This document shows, in pieces, positions 63,415-64,000 of a stretch of DNA of 64,000 nt. The DNA is taken from assembly GCA_001816585.1 (NCBI GenBank), contig MHCJ01000003.1, positions 348,228-412,227 on the forward strand, given 5' to 3'. The notes below the pieces were generated by a model, which ran no database searches, was not told where the DNA came from, and saw only the letters and a list, made by a program, of their open reading frames with translations. Made by a program: the position numbers and the translations under genes. Source of the stretch: Candidatus Chisholmbacteria bacterium RIFCSPHIGHO2_01_FULL_52_32 (GTDB taxonomy: Bacteria; Patescibacteriota; Microgenomatia; UBA1400; Chisholmbacteraceae). Positions within the stretch are counted from its first letter, which is position 1; every line of letters begins with the position of its first letter.

Positions 63415-64000
63415 ATGTCTGAGTTTGTTCCCAGATGGGATGTTGAAGGACGGCACCGACAGCTGCGTACCTATTTGGCGGAGGCTGATCAACGCGTGTG
63501 GTCTTCACCGGATTTTCCCGAACAACTCCGTCCGGATATTACCCAAATCTCGGAAAACTACCAAATCGGTCGTCCTGCCGAGTGGATAGGTGACCTTCCG
63601 ATTCATCCGGCCATCCCTTCACCACTGCGGAACCGTATGCTTGAGGTTAAAGACTCCTATGACCAATATTTCTTTAAAAACAAGATATCATTTTTCGACC
63701 CGGATACCGGACGCACCGTCTTTCACCCATTGCTATTTAACACCCCAACTCTCCTGAAGCGAACGATTTACCATGAGGCTATTACCGCGAAATTCGGGAG
63801 TACTCAGAGGAAAACTCCTGACCGCTATTCGCGGCAGGAAGAACAACTTGTTTCCGACGCTTTGGCAGGTCTGTCTGTTTCTGATCATGTTCCTTTGCGT
63901 ACGACGGTTATTGATCAGATGGGTTTTCGAAAACTCCTTATGGCCGATGGCTACGCCCTGGCTGATCTTGTTCCGCCGGAGGTTGTTGATCTTAATGAAA
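63415..64000 (+). CDS. hypothetical protein, N-terminal 195 codons; runs off the window end (edge-truncated, absent from the ORF track)
   Basis: Manual translation MSEFVPRWDVEGRHRQLRTYLAEADQRVWSSPDFPE... has no stop to position 64000. A TATAAT box sits 7 nt upstream of the ATG (cttgacttaatgccctataatgaggcgtATG), suggesting a leaderless transcript. Confidence 0.5.
   Translation, partial: MSEFVPRWDVEGRHRQLRTYLAEADQRVWSSPDFPEQLRPDITQISENYQIGRPAEWIGDLPIHPAIPSPLRNRMLEVKDSYDQYFFKNKISFFDPDTGRTVFHPLLFNTPTLLKRTIYHEAITAKFGSTQRKTPDRYSRQEEQLVSDALAGLSVSDHVPLRTTVIDQMGFRKLLMADGYALADLVPPEVVDLNE

Overview
This window is a densely packed, mostly minus-strand chromosomal segment that reads like a small-genome bacterium, possibly a CPR-type organism, using the standard genetic code. 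In order it contains: an unknown gene running off the left edge (1..943, minus); a tRNA-Val(CAC) overlapped at its 5' end by a small GIY-YIG nuclease gene, with a degenerate 5' tRNA-like fragment beyond it; lepB (plus); parB (minus); a ribosomal rplU-rpmA pair on the minus strand, split by a THUMP-type RNA methyltransferase; a RodA/FtsW-type SEDS protein; ileS; and a near-complete division/cell-wall (dcw) cluster on the minus strand. The dcw cluster runs mraZ, small ORF, rsmH, ftsL, ftsI, Mur ligase, GlmU-like, pgeF, murC, murB, murA, glmS, dgkA, mraY, murI, murD, ftsW, murG, ftsQ, ftsA, ftsZ. It is followed by a lipoprotein gene, glyQS and recO. The right half (about 34.4 to 62.7 kb) is a cell-surface glycan biosynthesis island of about 25 genes. 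It has a DUF4012 protein, a PglC-like priming transferase, a ManC-like guanylyltransferase, many GT4/GT2 glycosyltransferases, a sugar O-acetyltransferase, a Wzx-like flippase, a Wzy/WaaL-like protein, a UDP-glucuronate decarboxylase, and an unusual number (six) of PMT_2/ArnT-like GT-C membrane glycosyltransferases. Non-genic findings: a roughly 175-bp intergenic repeat family with 9-bp terminal inverted repeats and a 24-nt palindrome showing a compensatory double substitution (three copies inside the glycan island); two G-rich heptamer minisatellites (GGGTTGA/GGGTATA/GGGTTTA); an MraZ-operator-like GTGG direct-repeat array; tandem GC hairpins; and a 340-bp GC-rich spacer upstream of glmS that could hold a structured RNA. 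No rRNA, CRISPR array or obvious integrase/transposase gene was seen. All functional calls come from motif-level reading of the provided translations, not from database searches.
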